A DNA stretch of 64,000 nucleotides from NCBI RefSeq assembly GCF_009914755.1, contig NC_060929.1; one strand, 5' to 3'. Within the stretch, counting starts at the first letter, position 1. Every line of letters begins with the position of its first letter. The notes beneath the pieces were generated by a model. That model did not search any database. It saw nothing but the letters and a program-made list of their open reading frames with translations, and was not told the origin of the DNA. This DNA is from the human T2T-CHM13v2.0 reference genome, Homo sapiens. Positions 1 to 13,824 of this stretch are shown here, one piece after another. A program made the position numbers and the translations under genes.

Positions 1-247
1 CAAGTATTTTGCTTCACGAGCCAGGGAGGAGCCACAGAGGCAGCAGCAGAAGGGGAAGAGGAGGCACACGGTACGGCATATGGTGTCAGTGGCACCTTGC
101 CAGGGATGGCAGCACTTACACGTTGGCCATGGGCAGAACTTGGAGAACAAATTACACTTCTCCCTTTGGGGAAGGAGACAAAATGAGACTGGGGTGTTGT
201 GCCAAGACGACAGTGAAGTGCTAAATATAGATGGGCCCTTCTGTCTT

Positions 248-430
248 GAGCAGTGGATCTCAACTCTGACCAGACATTAAAAATTACCTGGAGAGCCTTA
301 AAATATTTCAGTGTCTAGGCAGCATTCCAGACTAGCTAGATCAGACTCCCTGGGGGCGGGGCCCAGACATCAGTATTTTTTCAGAACTCCCTATATGATT
401 CATGGGCAGCGGAGCTTACAAACCCACTCT
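248..430. mobile_element. MER5-family (hAT-Charlie) DNA transposon remnant
   Basis: cagtggatctcaac start and 'gggcggggcccagacatcagtattttttcagaactccc' resemble the recalled MER5A consensus; boundaries approximate. Confidence 0.5.
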
Positions 431-574
431 GGAGCACAGCGTTATCTGGTCTTTCCAGCAGACCTCAGGAGGCGGATGGCAAGAGTGCATGGTTTATTCT
501 GCTTTATGTCTCATATCCTTGCACTACCTATATTCTATAAAATTGGGATTTTATAGTCAGGGAGAAAGGAGTTA

Positions 575-785
575 GTATTTTCTGAGTGCCCCCTATGTGG
601 GAGACTTTGGTAGTATATCCCTTACACACACTGTTCCATTTCATTATCACATCGATCCCATGGAATGGCCACCCCCTTTGAGAAATGAGAAAGCTGAGGT
701 TTAAAGAAGTGAAATCACATTCACACAGTTAACAGGCAGCAGTCGGGATTCAGTTCAAGCTCCCTTTGCTTCTACATCACTGCTT
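575..785 (-). mobile_element. MIR SINE
   Basis: Antisense MIR core 'aaatgagaaagctgaggtttaaagaagtgaaatcac'. Confidence 0.55.
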
Positions 786-1015
786 TTCAAACTACTGTGG
801 TATTTGAGGTGCTGCAAACATTTGATTCAAGTAGCATTTTAAATGTACATCTATAATTTCTAAAGCCATAACATAGAAAAGCACACACAAAATTGTCTCA
901 TATACCACCCTGCGGCACGCTAGAGTCTTCAGTGTATTGCTGTGCACATCTGTGTTAACTCATGCCTGTGCGGGCCCCTGAGGAAGAATTATCTTACCAC
1001 CTCTGTATTTACCAT

Positions 1016-1374
1016 TGTATCTGTCCGTTTTCATGCTGCTATGAAGAACTACTGAAGACTGGGTAACTTATAAAGGAAAGAGGTTCAATTGACTCACAGT
1101 TCTGCATGGCTGGGGATCCCTCAGGAAGCTTACAATCACAGCCGAAGGTACCTCTTCACAGGGTGGCAGGAGAGAAAATGAGTGCCAGCAGGGGAAATGC
1201 CAAACGCTTATAAAACCATCAGATCTCCAGAGAACTCACTCATTATCAGGAGAACAGCATGAGGGAAACCGCCCCCATGATCCAATCGCTTCCCATCTGG
1301 TCCCTCCCACAACACGTGGGGATTATGGGAACTACAATTCAAGATGAGATTTGGGTGGGGACCAGCCATGAACA
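1016..1374 (-). mobile_element. THE1-family MaLR solo LTR
   Basis: Reverse complement of THE1 LTR: tgtatctgtccgttttcatgctgctatgaag ... actacaattcaagatgagatttgggtgggg. Confidence 0.85.
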
Positions 1375-1421
1375 TCTAGAAAATGGGTAAGCTGATTAGA
1401 ATGATTGAAAGTGGTCTTTAT

Positions 1422-1740
1422 GGCTGTGCACGGTGGCTCATGTCTGTACTTCTAGCACTTTGGGAGGCCAAGGTGGGAGGATTGCTTGACCCAAGAGCTC
1501 GAGACCAGCCTGGGCACCTAACTAGACCCTGTCTCTACAAAAATGAAAAATAAGAAACGTAGCCAGATGTGGTGGCACACGCCTGTAATCGTAGCTACTC
1601 AGGAGGCTGAGGCAGGAGGATCACTTGAGCCCAGAAGTTAGAAGCTGTAGTGAGCTGTGATCATGCCACTGCACCCCAACCTGGTGACGAAGTCTCAAAA
1701 AAGAGACTCTGTCTCAAAAAAAAAAAATAAAAATAAAAAA
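1422..1740 (+). mobile_element. AluJ
   Basis: Dimeric Alu with J-type 'ggaggattgcttga' and an A-rich tail. Confidence 0.9.
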
Positions 1741-2715
1741 GCTCTTAAAAAATCAGGCATGGGCATGTGTATTCACATAAAATTGTTCAAGCCAGTGTAT
1801 TATGGCAAGATATGTGCCTGGCATCGTTGCACAAAAACTGAGTTAGGCCAGCTCAGTGCAAGGGCTCATCAGGTGTCAAACTAGGTAAATACTCACAAGG
1901 CACAACACAGCCTTGCCCTTTTACAATGACGATGGGGTTTCAGTGAGTTTCAGGGCTTCTGTAATGTGACTAAGCTCTGACGGGCAGGTCACAGCGTTAC
2001 CAGGCTTCCACTGCAGATAAAGGGTCCACAGTGAACCTGGAACTTAAAGTTCTGGTCCAATATGCAAAACACAAGAAGTCTGGCAGCTTTGAAACTCACA
2101 AGGATGCTCATTTGATAATTAAGTCATGTTCCAAAATACTAGATAATAGGGCTTCTAAAACCACCAAGGAATCTATGCCTTTGATTTCCTCCATATTATG
2201 TTTGAAACTCAGAAATGCCAATATATTGTCAGTGATTTAATGTTGAAGCATAAATGTTGTTTGTGCTTCCAAGCTACTTGACTAGTTTAATCTGACAATT
2301 ATCCTGAGGTTACTCAGTGAGCAATTATAAGCAAGCGTCTGGAGGTAGCAGCTTCAGGCTGGACGGTGGGAGGAGCCTGAGGACCCTGCGGCTGTGTCCT
2401 CCTGTGCAGGCACAGACAGAGTAGAGCCCTGAGTAGGCCTCCCAGGTAGCCAGACCTCATCACAGCCACCCCATGCCCTCAAGGCTGATCAGAGCTCTGC
2501 AGGGCAGAATATAGTTTGGGCCAGGGTTTCGGGTAGATAAGGAGGCCCATGGGATTCCACTGTCCATTTCTTCCTCCTCTGATGCAGAAATCAAAGTTGT
2601 GATTGGATATTTAGGAGTCATTATCATGGATGATGAGTTCCAATTGTTACAAAGAAATGTCATGGACAAGTACTAGCAGAAGTTTGAAAATACGGAAGAG
2701 AATGAACTCACATGC

Positions 2716-2785
2716 TTTTTTTTTTTTTTTTTTTTTTTTTGACAGGGTCTCAGTCTGTCACCTGGGCTGGAGTGTAGCGGCCAAT
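2716..2785 (-). mobile_element. Very short Alu 3' fragment (T25 plus ~45 nt) inside the pseudogene CDS
   Basis: T25 then gacagggtctcagtctgtcacctgggctggagtgtag; catgc on both sides (2711-2715, 2786-2790). Confidence 0.85.
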
Positions 2786-3870
2786 CATGCACGCCTATTT
2801 TTAATGAATATATTTCTTTGATTTAAAAAATTGATGAACAGCTGTTGTAGCAGATTCCCAAATTCAGCATGGCAGCCCTCACAACGTCACAGCACCACAA
2901 AGATGAAAGGGCTAGTTGCTTTTCAACAGGCTACACACATTTATCCATTTACAGGCATTTAAAGAATGCTTCTTGACTAGAGGGTGGACAAAAAAGGTCA
3001 AGAAGTTACACGTCGGCAGTGGTTTAGTGGCAGCTTCTTTGTGCAGATCATATTCTATGTTAGCTTTTCAGAACAATCTTGGCACTAGCTCCCACCTCCA
3101 AGCAATGGGATTATTCTGGACATTGTTGGCCCTATAGGCTGGGAGAGGTGTGGCCAATGAGGACAGAATACCTCTTGGAAAGGCTGACTCTGTCCTGCAG
3201 CTCTTCATTAATGATAAGGACTGATGAGTCAAAGAGAAAACGACCTGATTCTCTCAGGACCTCTGTTTCTCCTGAAACACTTTCTTATATTCAGTACTCC
3301 TTCAACAATAGACACCTCTCCACTGCTTCTGCGCAGACCACTCAGCAAGCCAATGTTGTGCATTCCACCTGGAGGTCCCCTTCCCCCAGCATAAAGTTGG
3401 TCTGTCAAAAAGATAGACTAACCCCCCACCATTACAAACCCCCTTGTCCCAAGTGCCACAGCAGGCTTTACCTAAATTTCAAATTTTCTATTCATTCTCA
3501 GCTCTTTTACTTGAGTCAGAGTTTCAGTCCTTCTGCCCTGATGGCCCAGCTGTTGAGGGTCATTTGGGAGTGTTTATCTTATCTAGGGGTTACTCAAACC
3601 AGCTGCCCCTGTCTTAAGATTTCTGAAGTTCCTATTGTCATAGCTAGTCTTGGCTGTCGGAGTGGGCTGAAAGATACCAAAGATACATCTTTTACCTAGA
3701 AATTACATGTGAAAAATCAACCCCTAGTGTTGCATCTGCAGTCTTCTCATCACTATGTCTTCTGCTAGTTCTGATTTTGTCTCACTGTTTCTAGAAGCCT
3801 ACTTTGAGCATTATTTTGGGGGAAAAAATATTTTTATAGAAGAATATTCAGACTAACCTCGAGGATCTAA

Positions 3871-4197
<327 letters not shown>

Positions 4198-4626
4198 TAA
4201 CCTTGGAATTTATTCTAATTGCCTCCTTAGAGATTGGAGTATTATATACTGTGTACGTTTTATTTGTTAGTGTCATGAAGGCAACAAAAAAATGCTTTCT
4301 ACACTGGCATTCCTCTTATACTGGACCTGAATGAATATATGCTGTGTGCTAGAAGTAGACTAAAAGGTATCCTTTCCTTACAGCACATTAGGTGTGTTTG
4401 TACTAGTTTGTATAAAATCTTTTCTGTATAAAACAGTATTACATTTTTTGTTGAGATGGCTATGACTTTGGTTTAAAAGAATGACTACAATTCCTTTTTC
4501 CTGTCAAAATTTCTCCTGCCAAGATGATGTTTCACTGGTCTTGGTCAGCACAAGTAGGGGATAGCAGTAGGGGATAGCACAGCCTAAATGCTCACGTGTC
4601 TGGCTTTGGTTTAGTGTAATGTTTAT

Positions 4627-4666
4627 CAAACAAACAAACAAAAAAGAAATTCCAAGGTTAGATCCT
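4627..4666 (-). repeat. Perfect 40-bp inverted copy of 3862-3901
   Basis: caaacaaacaaacaaaaaagaaattccaaggttagatcct is the exact reverse complement of 3862-3901. Confidence 0.95.
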
Positions 4667-4797
4667 TGGTACGGCTTCTGGTGAACTGTCAGCTATTAGT
4701 AGCTAAGTTTTTGGAGAGTCAAAAGTTCTATGTAGATTTTTGACCGTGTGAGGGGTCAGTGCCCCTAACTCTCACATTGCTCAAGAGTCAACCATAG
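4667..4797 (+). mobile_element. Tigger1 3' terminal fragment
   Basis: ctattagtagctaagtttttggagagtcaaaagtt ... gtgcccctaactctcacattgctcaagagtcaac resembles the recalled Tigger1 3' end. Confidence 0.75.
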
Positions 4798-5619
4798 TTT
4801 TGTTTTGTTTTGTTTTTAAGGGCCTGCCATTTGTAACTGCTTTTCTATGTGATTCAAAACTTTCCCAACACCGGACAACTAAATCATAAAACAAAATACA
4901 GGACTAAATAGGATGTGGAGGCTACACATGACAGTCATTCATAAACCTCAGTTCAAATCATGAGCTCCCTGCAGCTGCCTTACTGTCCTCACTGACTGAC
5001 TTTGACATAAGAAATTGTTATGATTTGAAATGGTAAAATAAGACTTCTGTGCAGGGCGGGTGGGGGGGCACTCGCTCTGGCACTGCATGGTACTGCCGGG
5101 TCATAAGGCCTTGCCTTTGGACCCCCAGCCAGAGGGACAGGGCAGGCACTGGGCCAGTAGGCAGTGACCAAGTCTCCAGCGGGCATCAGCCAGACTCTGC
5201 AGACTCTGGAGAGGCACCCTCCTCCCACTGGAGCCTGAGCCAGAATTAGGGGTCTCATGCCCAGGGAGCATGGGGACACCATGGTCCTTGTCCCAATCCT
5301 GGATGCCCAGTCCTGATCCCTTGTGCTCTGCATGGCTATGACCATCCTGGCTGGCACCACCTCAGAACCCCTGGGCACAGAGCAATGTGTAGTATGGAGA
5401 GCCACAGGGTTCTCCTTTCTCAGGTGGTGAGGAAGATAGGAGGACAAGGCTAAGACAAAGTTGATTTTCAGCAAACCTTCAAAGGGTGAAGGGGAAGCTT
5501 TCCCTCGTCCCCTACAGTTTTGAGTCTATGAGCAGGATAATTGGAACGGCTCTGCTCTTCTGGAAGCTTCAGTCAAGGGACACCAGGACCTAACAACCCA
5601 GCAGAAGGAGTCAAGAAAA

Positions 5620-8600
5620 CTTTTGAGCCAATGAACATGCACTCCACCACACTGCCACTGTTCCTGGCACATATGAGTAAGCACAGATCATGCTGCCACC
5701 ACCCCAGTGAAGTGATTTTGTCAGCACCACTCACCAGAGTGCAGTGGTCACAGTCTTGGAACACCTTGGCCCCTCCAGCACAGCAGGTTCCTAACCTCGA
5801 GAGACCAGACAAAAGAACCAGGGGCTCAATACCAGCCCCTTAGAGTTAGAGCTCATGGCCTAAGAGTGCTGAGTTGAGCCATGGCCCCTTAAGATCTTCT
5901 AAAAATGAAGCCAGTTTATTGAACCCAGATTACAACACAATGAAACCTCCAAGGGCATCAAAGAAGATAAAAGCAAAAAATACAAAATCCAAAGGACAGC
6001 AACTTCAAAGACTGAAGAAACATTAGCCCACACAAATGAGAGAGAACCAGTGCAAGGACTCTGGCAACTCAAAAAGCAAGAGTGTCTTCTTACCTTCAAA
6101 CCACCACACTAGTTCCCCAGCAATGGCTTTTAACCAGGCTGAAATGACAGAAATCGAATTCAGAATATGGATAGAAATGCAGATCACTGACATTCAGGAA
6201 GAAGTCAAAACCCAATCCAAGGATTCCAAGGAATACAATAAAATGATCCAGGAGATGAAAGACAAAATGTCCATTTTAAGAAAGAAGGAAACTGATCTGA
6301 TAGAGCTGAAAAACTCACTTCAAGAGCTTCGGACTACAATTGCAAGTATTAACAGCAGAATTGACCAGACTGAGAAAAGAATCTCAGAGATCAAAGACCA
6401 GTTCTCTGAAATAACTGAGTCAGACAAAAGTAAAGAAAAAAGATTAAAGAAGAATGAACAAAACCTTCAAGAAATCAGAGAGGGAGAGAAAGCAAGCAAC
6501 TTGGAATACATTTGAGGATATTGTTCTTGAAAATTTCCCCAAACTTAGTAGGGAGTTCAACATTCAAATTCAGGAAATGCAGAGAACCCCTGTGGGTGCT
6601 GCACAAGATAACCATCCCAAAACACAGTTATCAGATTCTCCAAGGTCAAAATGAAAGAAAAAAATATTAAAAGCAGCTAGAGAGAAGGGGTAGGTTACTT
6701 ATAAGAGAAACACCATCATGCTAACACCAAACCTTTCAGCAGAAACTCTATAAGCCAGAAGAGATTAGGGGCCTATATTCAGCATTCTTAAAAAAAAAAA
6801 AAAAAAAAGCAATTCCAACCAAGAATTTCATATCCAGCCAAACTAAGCTTCATAAGTAAAGGGGAAATAAGATCCTTTTTAGACAAGTAAACACTAAGGG
6901 AATTTGTTACCATCAGACCTGTCTTACAAGAGGTCCTGAAGGGAGTACTAAATACGGAAAGGAAAGACTATTACCATCCACTACAAAAAACACAATTACA
7001 TAGACCATTGACACTATAAAGCAACCACACAAACAAGTCTACATAATAACCAGCTAAGAACATGATGACAGAATCAAATCTGCACATATCAATATTAACC
7101 TTGAATGTAAATGGGCTAAATGCCCCAATCAGGAGGCACAGAGTGGCAAGTTGGATAAAGAAGCAAGACCCAATGCTGTCTTCAAGGGACCCACCTCACA
7201 TGCAGTGATACTTATGGGCTCAGGGTAAAGGGATGGAGAAAAACCTACCATGCAAATGTAAAACAGAAAAAAGTAGGAATTACTATTCTAATTTTAGACA
7301 AAACAGACTTGAAACCAACAATGATTTTTTTTAAAGTACATTATGCAATGGTAAAGGATTCAATTCAACAAGAAGACCTAACTATCCTAAATATATATGC
7401 ACCCAATGCAGGAGCTTCCAGATTCATAAAGCAAGTTCTTAGACCTACAAAGAAACTTAGATAATGACACAATAATAGTGGGAGATTTCAACACCTCACT
7501 GACTGTATTAGACAGATCATCAAGGAAGGAAACTAACAAAGATATTTAAAACCTGAACTTCACACTTGACCAAATGGACCTAATAGACATTTAAAGAACT
7601 CTCCACCCCAAAACAACAAAATACACATATTTCTCATCTGCACATGGCACATACTCTAAAATTGACCACACAGTCAACCATAAAATAATCCTCAGAAAAT
7701 TTAAAAAAAAACTGAAATTATACTAACAACACTCTGAGACCACAGTACAATAAAAATGGAAGTCAATGCTCAAAAGATTGTGCAAAACCATTCAATTATA
7801 TGGAAATTAAACAACCTGCTCCTGAATGACTTCTAGGTAAACAATGAAATTAAGGCAGAAATCAAGAAATTCTTTGAAACAAATGAGAAGAAAGATACAA
7901 CATACCAGAATCTCTGGGACACAGCCAAAGCAGTGTTAAAATGGAAGTTTGTAGCACTAGACACCCACATCACAAAATTAGAAAGATTTCAAATTAACAA
8001 CCTAACATCACACCTAAAGTAACTAGAGAAACAAGAGCAAACTAACCCCAAAGGTAGCAGAAGACAATAAATAACCAAAATCAGACCTGAACTGAAGTAA
8101 GTTGAGGTGCAAAAAGCCATACAAAAGATCAATGAGTTCAAAAGTTGGTTCTCTGAAATAATAAATAAGATAGATGCACCACTAGCTAGGCTAATTTTAA
8201 AAAAAGAGAGAAGATCCAAATAAACATAATCAGAAATAACAAAAAGGACATTACCACTGACCCCACAGAAATACAAAAAATCCTAAGAGACTACTATGAA
8301 CACCTCTAGACACACAAGCTAAAAAACCTAGAAGAAATGGGTAAATTTCTGGAAACAAAACCCCCCATGATCGAACCGGGAAGAAATTGAATTTCTGAAC
8401 AGACTGATAAGTTTCAAAATTGAATGAGTAATAAAAGTCTACCAACCAGAAAAAGCCTAGGAACAGATGGATTCAAAGACGAATCCTACCAGATATACAA
8501 AGAACAGCCAGTACCATACCTACTGAAGCTACTCCAAAAAATTGAGAAAGGACTCCCGACTAACTCATTATATGAGGCCAACATCATTCTGATGCCAAAA

Positions 8601-11071
8601 TTTGACACAGACACTCACAGAGAAAGAAAACTTCAGGTCAATATCTTTGATTAACACAGATGCAAAAATCGTCAACAAAATGCTAACAAACTGAATCCAG
8701 CAGCACATCAAAAAGCTAATCCACCACAATCAAGTAGTCTTTATCTCTGTGATGCAAGTTTGGTTCAACATATACAAATCAATAAATCAATAACATAAAC
8801 AGAACTAAAAACAAAAATCGCATGTTCATCTCAGTAGATGCAGAAAAGCTTTCAATAAAACTCAATATCGCTTCATGTTAAAAATTCTCAACAAACTAGA
8901 AATTGAAGGAAAATACTTCAAAATAATAAAACTCATCTATGACAACCCCACAGCCAACATCATAATGAAATGGGCAAAAGCTGGAAGCATTCTCTTTGGA
9001 AACTGAAACAAGACAAAGATGCTCTATCTCACCACTCCTATTCAACATAGTACTAGAAGTCCTAGCCAGAGCAATCAGGCAAGAGACAGAAATGAAAGGC
9101 ATCCAAGTAGAAATAGAGGAAGTCAAGCTATCCCTGTTTGCAGAAGATGTGAAAACCCCATAATCTCTGTCCAAAAGCTCCTTGATCTTATAAACAACTT
9201 CAGCAAAGTTTCAAGATACAACAATCAATGTACAAAAATCAGTAGCATTCCTATACACCAACAGCATCCAAACTGAGAGCCAAATCAAGATATGCAGTTC
9301 CTTTCACAGTTACCACAAAAAGAATAAAATGCCTAAGAATACAGCTAACCAGAAAGGTGAAAGATCTCTATAATGAAAATTACAAAACACTACTCAAAGA
9401 TATCAGAGATTACATAAACAAATGGAAAATTATTCCATGCTCATGGATAAGAAGAATCAATAGTGTTTAAATGACCATACTGCCCAAAGAAATTTATAGA
9501 GTCAATGCTATTCCTATCAAACTACCAATGATATTCTCCACAGAATCTTTAAAAAAATTAAAATTCATATGGAACCAAAAACGAACCAAATAGCCAAGCA
9601 ATCCTAAGCAAAAAGAACAAAGCAAGAGGTATCACCTTACCCGACTTGAAACTACACTATAAGCCTACAGGAACCAAAACAGCATGGTAGTGGTACAAAA
9701 ACAGACACATAAACCAATGGAACAGAATAAAGAGACAAGAAATCATGCTGCACACCTAAAACCATCTTACTTTTGACAAAAGTCTACAAAAGTAAGCAAT
9801 GGGGAAAGGGCTCCCTGTTCGATAAATGGTGCTGGGATAACCAGCTAGCCGTATGCAGATGATTAAAACTGCACCCCTTCTTTCACCATATATAAAAATC
9901 AATTCGAGATGGATTAAAAACTGAAATGTAAAACCTAGAACTATAAAAACTCTGGACAGTAACCTAGGAAACACTATTCTGGACATAGAACCTCAAAAAT
10001 TTCTTAATGCAGATACCAAAAGCAATTGCAACAAAAACAAAAATTGACAAATGGGACCTAATTAAACTAAAGAGCTTCTGCACTGCAAAATAAACTATCA
10101 ACAGAGTAAACAGACAGCCTACAGAATGGGAGAAAATATTTACAAACCATGCATCCAACAAAATTCTAATATCCAGAATCTTTAAGGAGCTTAAGCAAAT
10201 TAAGAAGCAAAAAACAAACAACCCTCTAAAAAAGTGGGCAAAGAACATGAACAGATACTTTTCAAAAGAAGACATACATGTGGCCAACAAGCATGTGAAA
10301 AAATGCTCAGCTTCACTAATCATTAGAGCAATGCAAATCAAAATCACAATGAGATATCATCTCACACCAGTTAGAATGGCTATCAGTAAAAAGTCAAAAA
10401 ATAAGAGATGCTGAAGAAGTTGCAGAAAAAAGGGAACACTTATACACTGCTGGTGGGAGTGTAAATTAGTTCAGCCATTGTGAAAAGCAGTTTGGTGGTT
10501 TCTCAAAGAGCTAAAAACAGAACTACTATTTGACACAGCAATTCCATTACTGGGTGTATATATATCCAAAGGAATATAAATCATTCTACCATAAAGATAC
10601 ATGCACGCATATGTTCATTAAAACAGTATTCACAATAACAAAGACAGGAAATCAACCTAAATGCTCATCAACAGTAGACTGGATAAAAAAAATGTGGTAT
10701 ACATACACCACGGAATACTATGCAGCCACCAAGAAGAACGAGGTCACGTCCTTTGGAGCAACCTAGTTGAAGCTAGAGGCCATTATCCTAAGCAAACTAA
10801 CACAGAAACAAATAAAACAAAGACCACATGTTCTCACTTTTACATGGGAGCTAAACATTGGGTACACATGGACACAAAGAAGGGAACAACAGACATTGGG
10901 ACATCCTTAAGGAGAAGGGTAAGGATGGAAAAACTACTTATCAGGTACTAAGCTTATTACCTGGGTGATAAAATAATCTGTACACCAAACCCCTGTGACA
11001 TACAATGTACCTATATAGCAAACCTTCCTATGTATGCCTGAACCTAAAATAAAAGTAAAAAGAAAAAGAAA
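5620..11071 (+). mobile_element. Near full-length degenerate LINE-1 (L1PA15/16-like)
   Basis: ORF1 remnant from 6036 (MRENQCKDSGNSK...EIEFRIWI..., coiled coil); ORF2 remnant from ~7062 (atgatgacagaatcaaat...accttgaatgtaaatgggctaaat) with many stops and frameshifts; 3' UTR ending aacctaaaataaaagtaaaaagaaaaagaaa. 5' boundary approximate. Confidence 0.92.
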
Positions 11072-11238
11072 TGGTCAATTAAATATGAATTAGCGAAGTA
11101 CTAACTGTGTGTTTTATATAGGAGCATTTTTTAAATATAATTTGCATTTTTCTTAGTGTTAAAAATTTAAAAATCACTGCCCTGTGTTAGGCTGCTTCCC
11201 CAAATGAAAACTTTAATGCGTAAGGATTGAAACCACCC

Positions 11239-11615
11239 TACTAGAGACTGAATGTGTGCCCCCAAAATTTATATGTTTAAACCTAATCCCCAATGTGTTA
11301 GTATTTGGAGATGGGCCTTTTGGGGGTGATTAGATCATAAGAGTGTGATCACCTCCTCTGTCTTCTTCATAAATGGGATTAATACCCTTATAAATAAGAT
11401 CCCAGAAAGTTCCCTCACCCCTTCCACCATGTGTGGCTATAGCAAGAAAAACAACCACCTATAAACCATGAAGCAGGCCCTCGCCAGACAGCAAATCTGC
11501 CAGCAGCTTGATCTTGGACTTCCCAGACTCCAGAACTGTAAGTAATACATTTCTGTTGTTTATAAACTCCCCAGTCTATCATATTCTGTCATAGCAGCCC
11601 AAACAGACTAAGGCA
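11239..11615 (+). mobile_element. MLT1A-type MaLR solo LTR
   Basis: gactgaatgtgtgcccccaaaatt ... agcagcccaaacagactaaggca; 5-bp TSD caccc. Confidence 0.85.
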
Positions 11616-12279
11616 CACCCTATGTAAAGAGGAAGAAATAGTTTACTAAGCAGTTAAATGAGAGACAGAGAGAAAGTATGTGTGTGTGTGTGTACTCATG
11701 GGCCTACAGGTTTCCACCTATATGCACGTATGTATTGCATACACATGTCACATTACGTAGACTGCTTAGATATAACCAAACTCTTCTCATTGGGGCATTG
11801 GTGAAGTAAACCATACGCAGGAAGACCTGGGGCACTGTCAAAGCTCTAGTTCTAACTTCTTTTCTTTGCCTAATTCTGGCTTCCAATCCACTTTTGCATC
11901 CCACTCTGATCCATATCCTATACTCACCCACTCCAGACCAATCACTTCCTTGTGGAAAAGGGAGCTGATATGTTAATTATGTGAGAATCTTGATCTCTTT
12001 TAAGTGAGAAAGTTTTTAATTCCTCAGAGGGTCTTCATTGATACCACCTACCTTGAGATATAGCACATTCCTTTTGTGATGTTTGTACAGCTCCATCACT
12101 GTTTGCCCCGTGTGTCATTGCACAGGTCATGAGAATGAGGGCGGTACTCCTCCATGTCACTTTGCCCTGATAATGCATCACAAAACCCACACTATGAGCC
12201 CAGAGCTAATGGCTGGGTCTTTTTCAGGTAGCTCATGAGACTTTTGACCAAAACAGCTTTGTGAAAGGGTATCTCAAAC

Positions 12280-12420
12280 ACTGGCCCTGTCCTTATTAAT
12301 TATGTGTACTTAGACAAATCACTTTGCACTCTGAGCTACAATGTTCTCACTCCAAAGTGGAGGCAAGAATCCCTACGTTGCAAGGTTGTTGTGAGCACTG
12401 AATGATTATGGAAGCAATGT
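12280..12420 (+). mobile_element. MIR
   Basis: tgtgtacttagacaaatcactttgcactctgagc ... aggttgttgtgagcactgaatga. Confidence 0.5.
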
Positions 12421-13459
12421 GCTAGAATATAGATTTGCCAGATAAATTTAACACTTTGTGTTAAATCATTGTTGAAATTTTTTAAACCTCAGCTTCTTTT
12501 CTCTCAAGCATTGTCAAATCAGTTGGGATATTTTGTGTGTTCTTCAAAGTTTTTACTTCCTACCAAAAAAAAAAAAGTTTTTAAAAAATCATGATTACTT
12601 ACTAAAAGTTTTCTAACTTTTTCTTGACAGATAATATTATCTAATGCCTGCTGTTCTTGATGCATTATATAGAGCACCTGGTATTTTTCTCCACCTAAAA
12701 GAGTAATTTTGAGGCACTTTTAAACCTTTTATTATTCATTCTCTCTCTTAAAATCTTTAACAAACTCTTTAAAACAACAAAAAAAAATCGTTTTCTCTTT
12801 CTTTTCCATGGTACTTACCCTTATAACTTGAACACATACTTGAGCAGGTTTCTAGTCCCATCTTACGCCACAAGATGGAAATTAAAGTGGAAAAGTGCGA
12901 TTAACAGGGTTCCATTTCACCATCTACTTGCTGAGTGACACGCAAGTAGATGAGGGCTTTCAAGTCACCTAGCCCTCAGCTGCTGTAAAATAAGCAAAAT
13001 CACCCAATACCTCCCAGGATTTGCGTGAGGAGCCAATGATATTCTGGAAGAAAAAACAAACTTTGGAAATTGTTCTGTACACGTGCTCTCCTGTACTTGC
13101 CAATCTTCCCAGGAGGCCAGAGTCCTAAGCAGAGAAAAAGCAGGGTTTTGCACAGAAGCATAATGTGGGAAATGCAGGGCCCACATTCCCTGCGGTTATT
13201 TATATCTATAACCTCTGAGGTGGGAGAGCTGGCTCCGCACAGAAACTCTTTTACTAATGTCATATTCAACACTTCTCCAGCACTGCAGACCTTTCTGGAG
13301 AAGCAGTTTACACTTGAACCAGTTAGGAAGGAGACCCTGCAGCTACTACACTACAAGAATTCCATTCTACAAACTTTCTGAGCCCTGCTCTGGGCCAAAC
13401 CCTGTGCCTGACACAGGAGCTACAGAGAGCAAAAAGAGGCAGGCCTTCAATCATCTTAT

Positions 13460-13790
13460 CCGCGGCATATGCGTAGGACTTGTCTATATGCTAGGCACCT
13501 CCTAGGTGCTGGGGATGCAACAGAGAGGAAAACAAACAAACAAACAAAAAACAGGTACTTGCTCTCGTGAAGCTTACATTTTCACAGAGACACAGTCAGT
13601 GAAAGGGAAAAACATTTTAAAGATAATTTTAGAAAGTAAAAAGTATTATGAAGAAAACAAAATGGAATCGTATAATAAAAAGGGATGCCAAGTTATTCTG
13701 ATGGACGATCAGGGATGGGCTCCCTTTAGAGGTGATATTTGAGAGATGAGAATGAGTATGAAAATAAATTAGTGATACTATTGAGAGTTT
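13460..13790 (-). mobile_element. L2 LINE fragment
   Basis: ctatatgctaggcacctcctaggtgctggggatgca ... tgctctcgtgaagcttacatt. Confidence 0.55.
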
Positions 13791-13824
13791 GGCTGAAGGA
13801 TGGAATATGGGAAAGGAGTACAAC

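Noticed and set aside
3079-3699. Longest ORF in the track (206 aa)
   Set aside because: Starts at TTG, lies in the pseudogene's 3' UTR-derived sequence and resembles no protein family I recognise; treated as a chance frame.
4553-4578. Short tandem duplications (13 bp here, 16 bp at ~59092, imperfect repeats at ~28058-28100)
   Set aside because: Common slippage products with nothing distinctive.
4989-5474. 161-aa minus-strand ORF in a GC-rich patch
   Set aside because: Non-ATG start, no recognisable domain; stop-poor GC-rich sequence explains the length.
6036-6515. 159-aa coiled-coil ORF as a host gene
   Set aside because: It is the N-terminal part of L1 ORF1p in a decayed L1 whose ORF2 has many stops.
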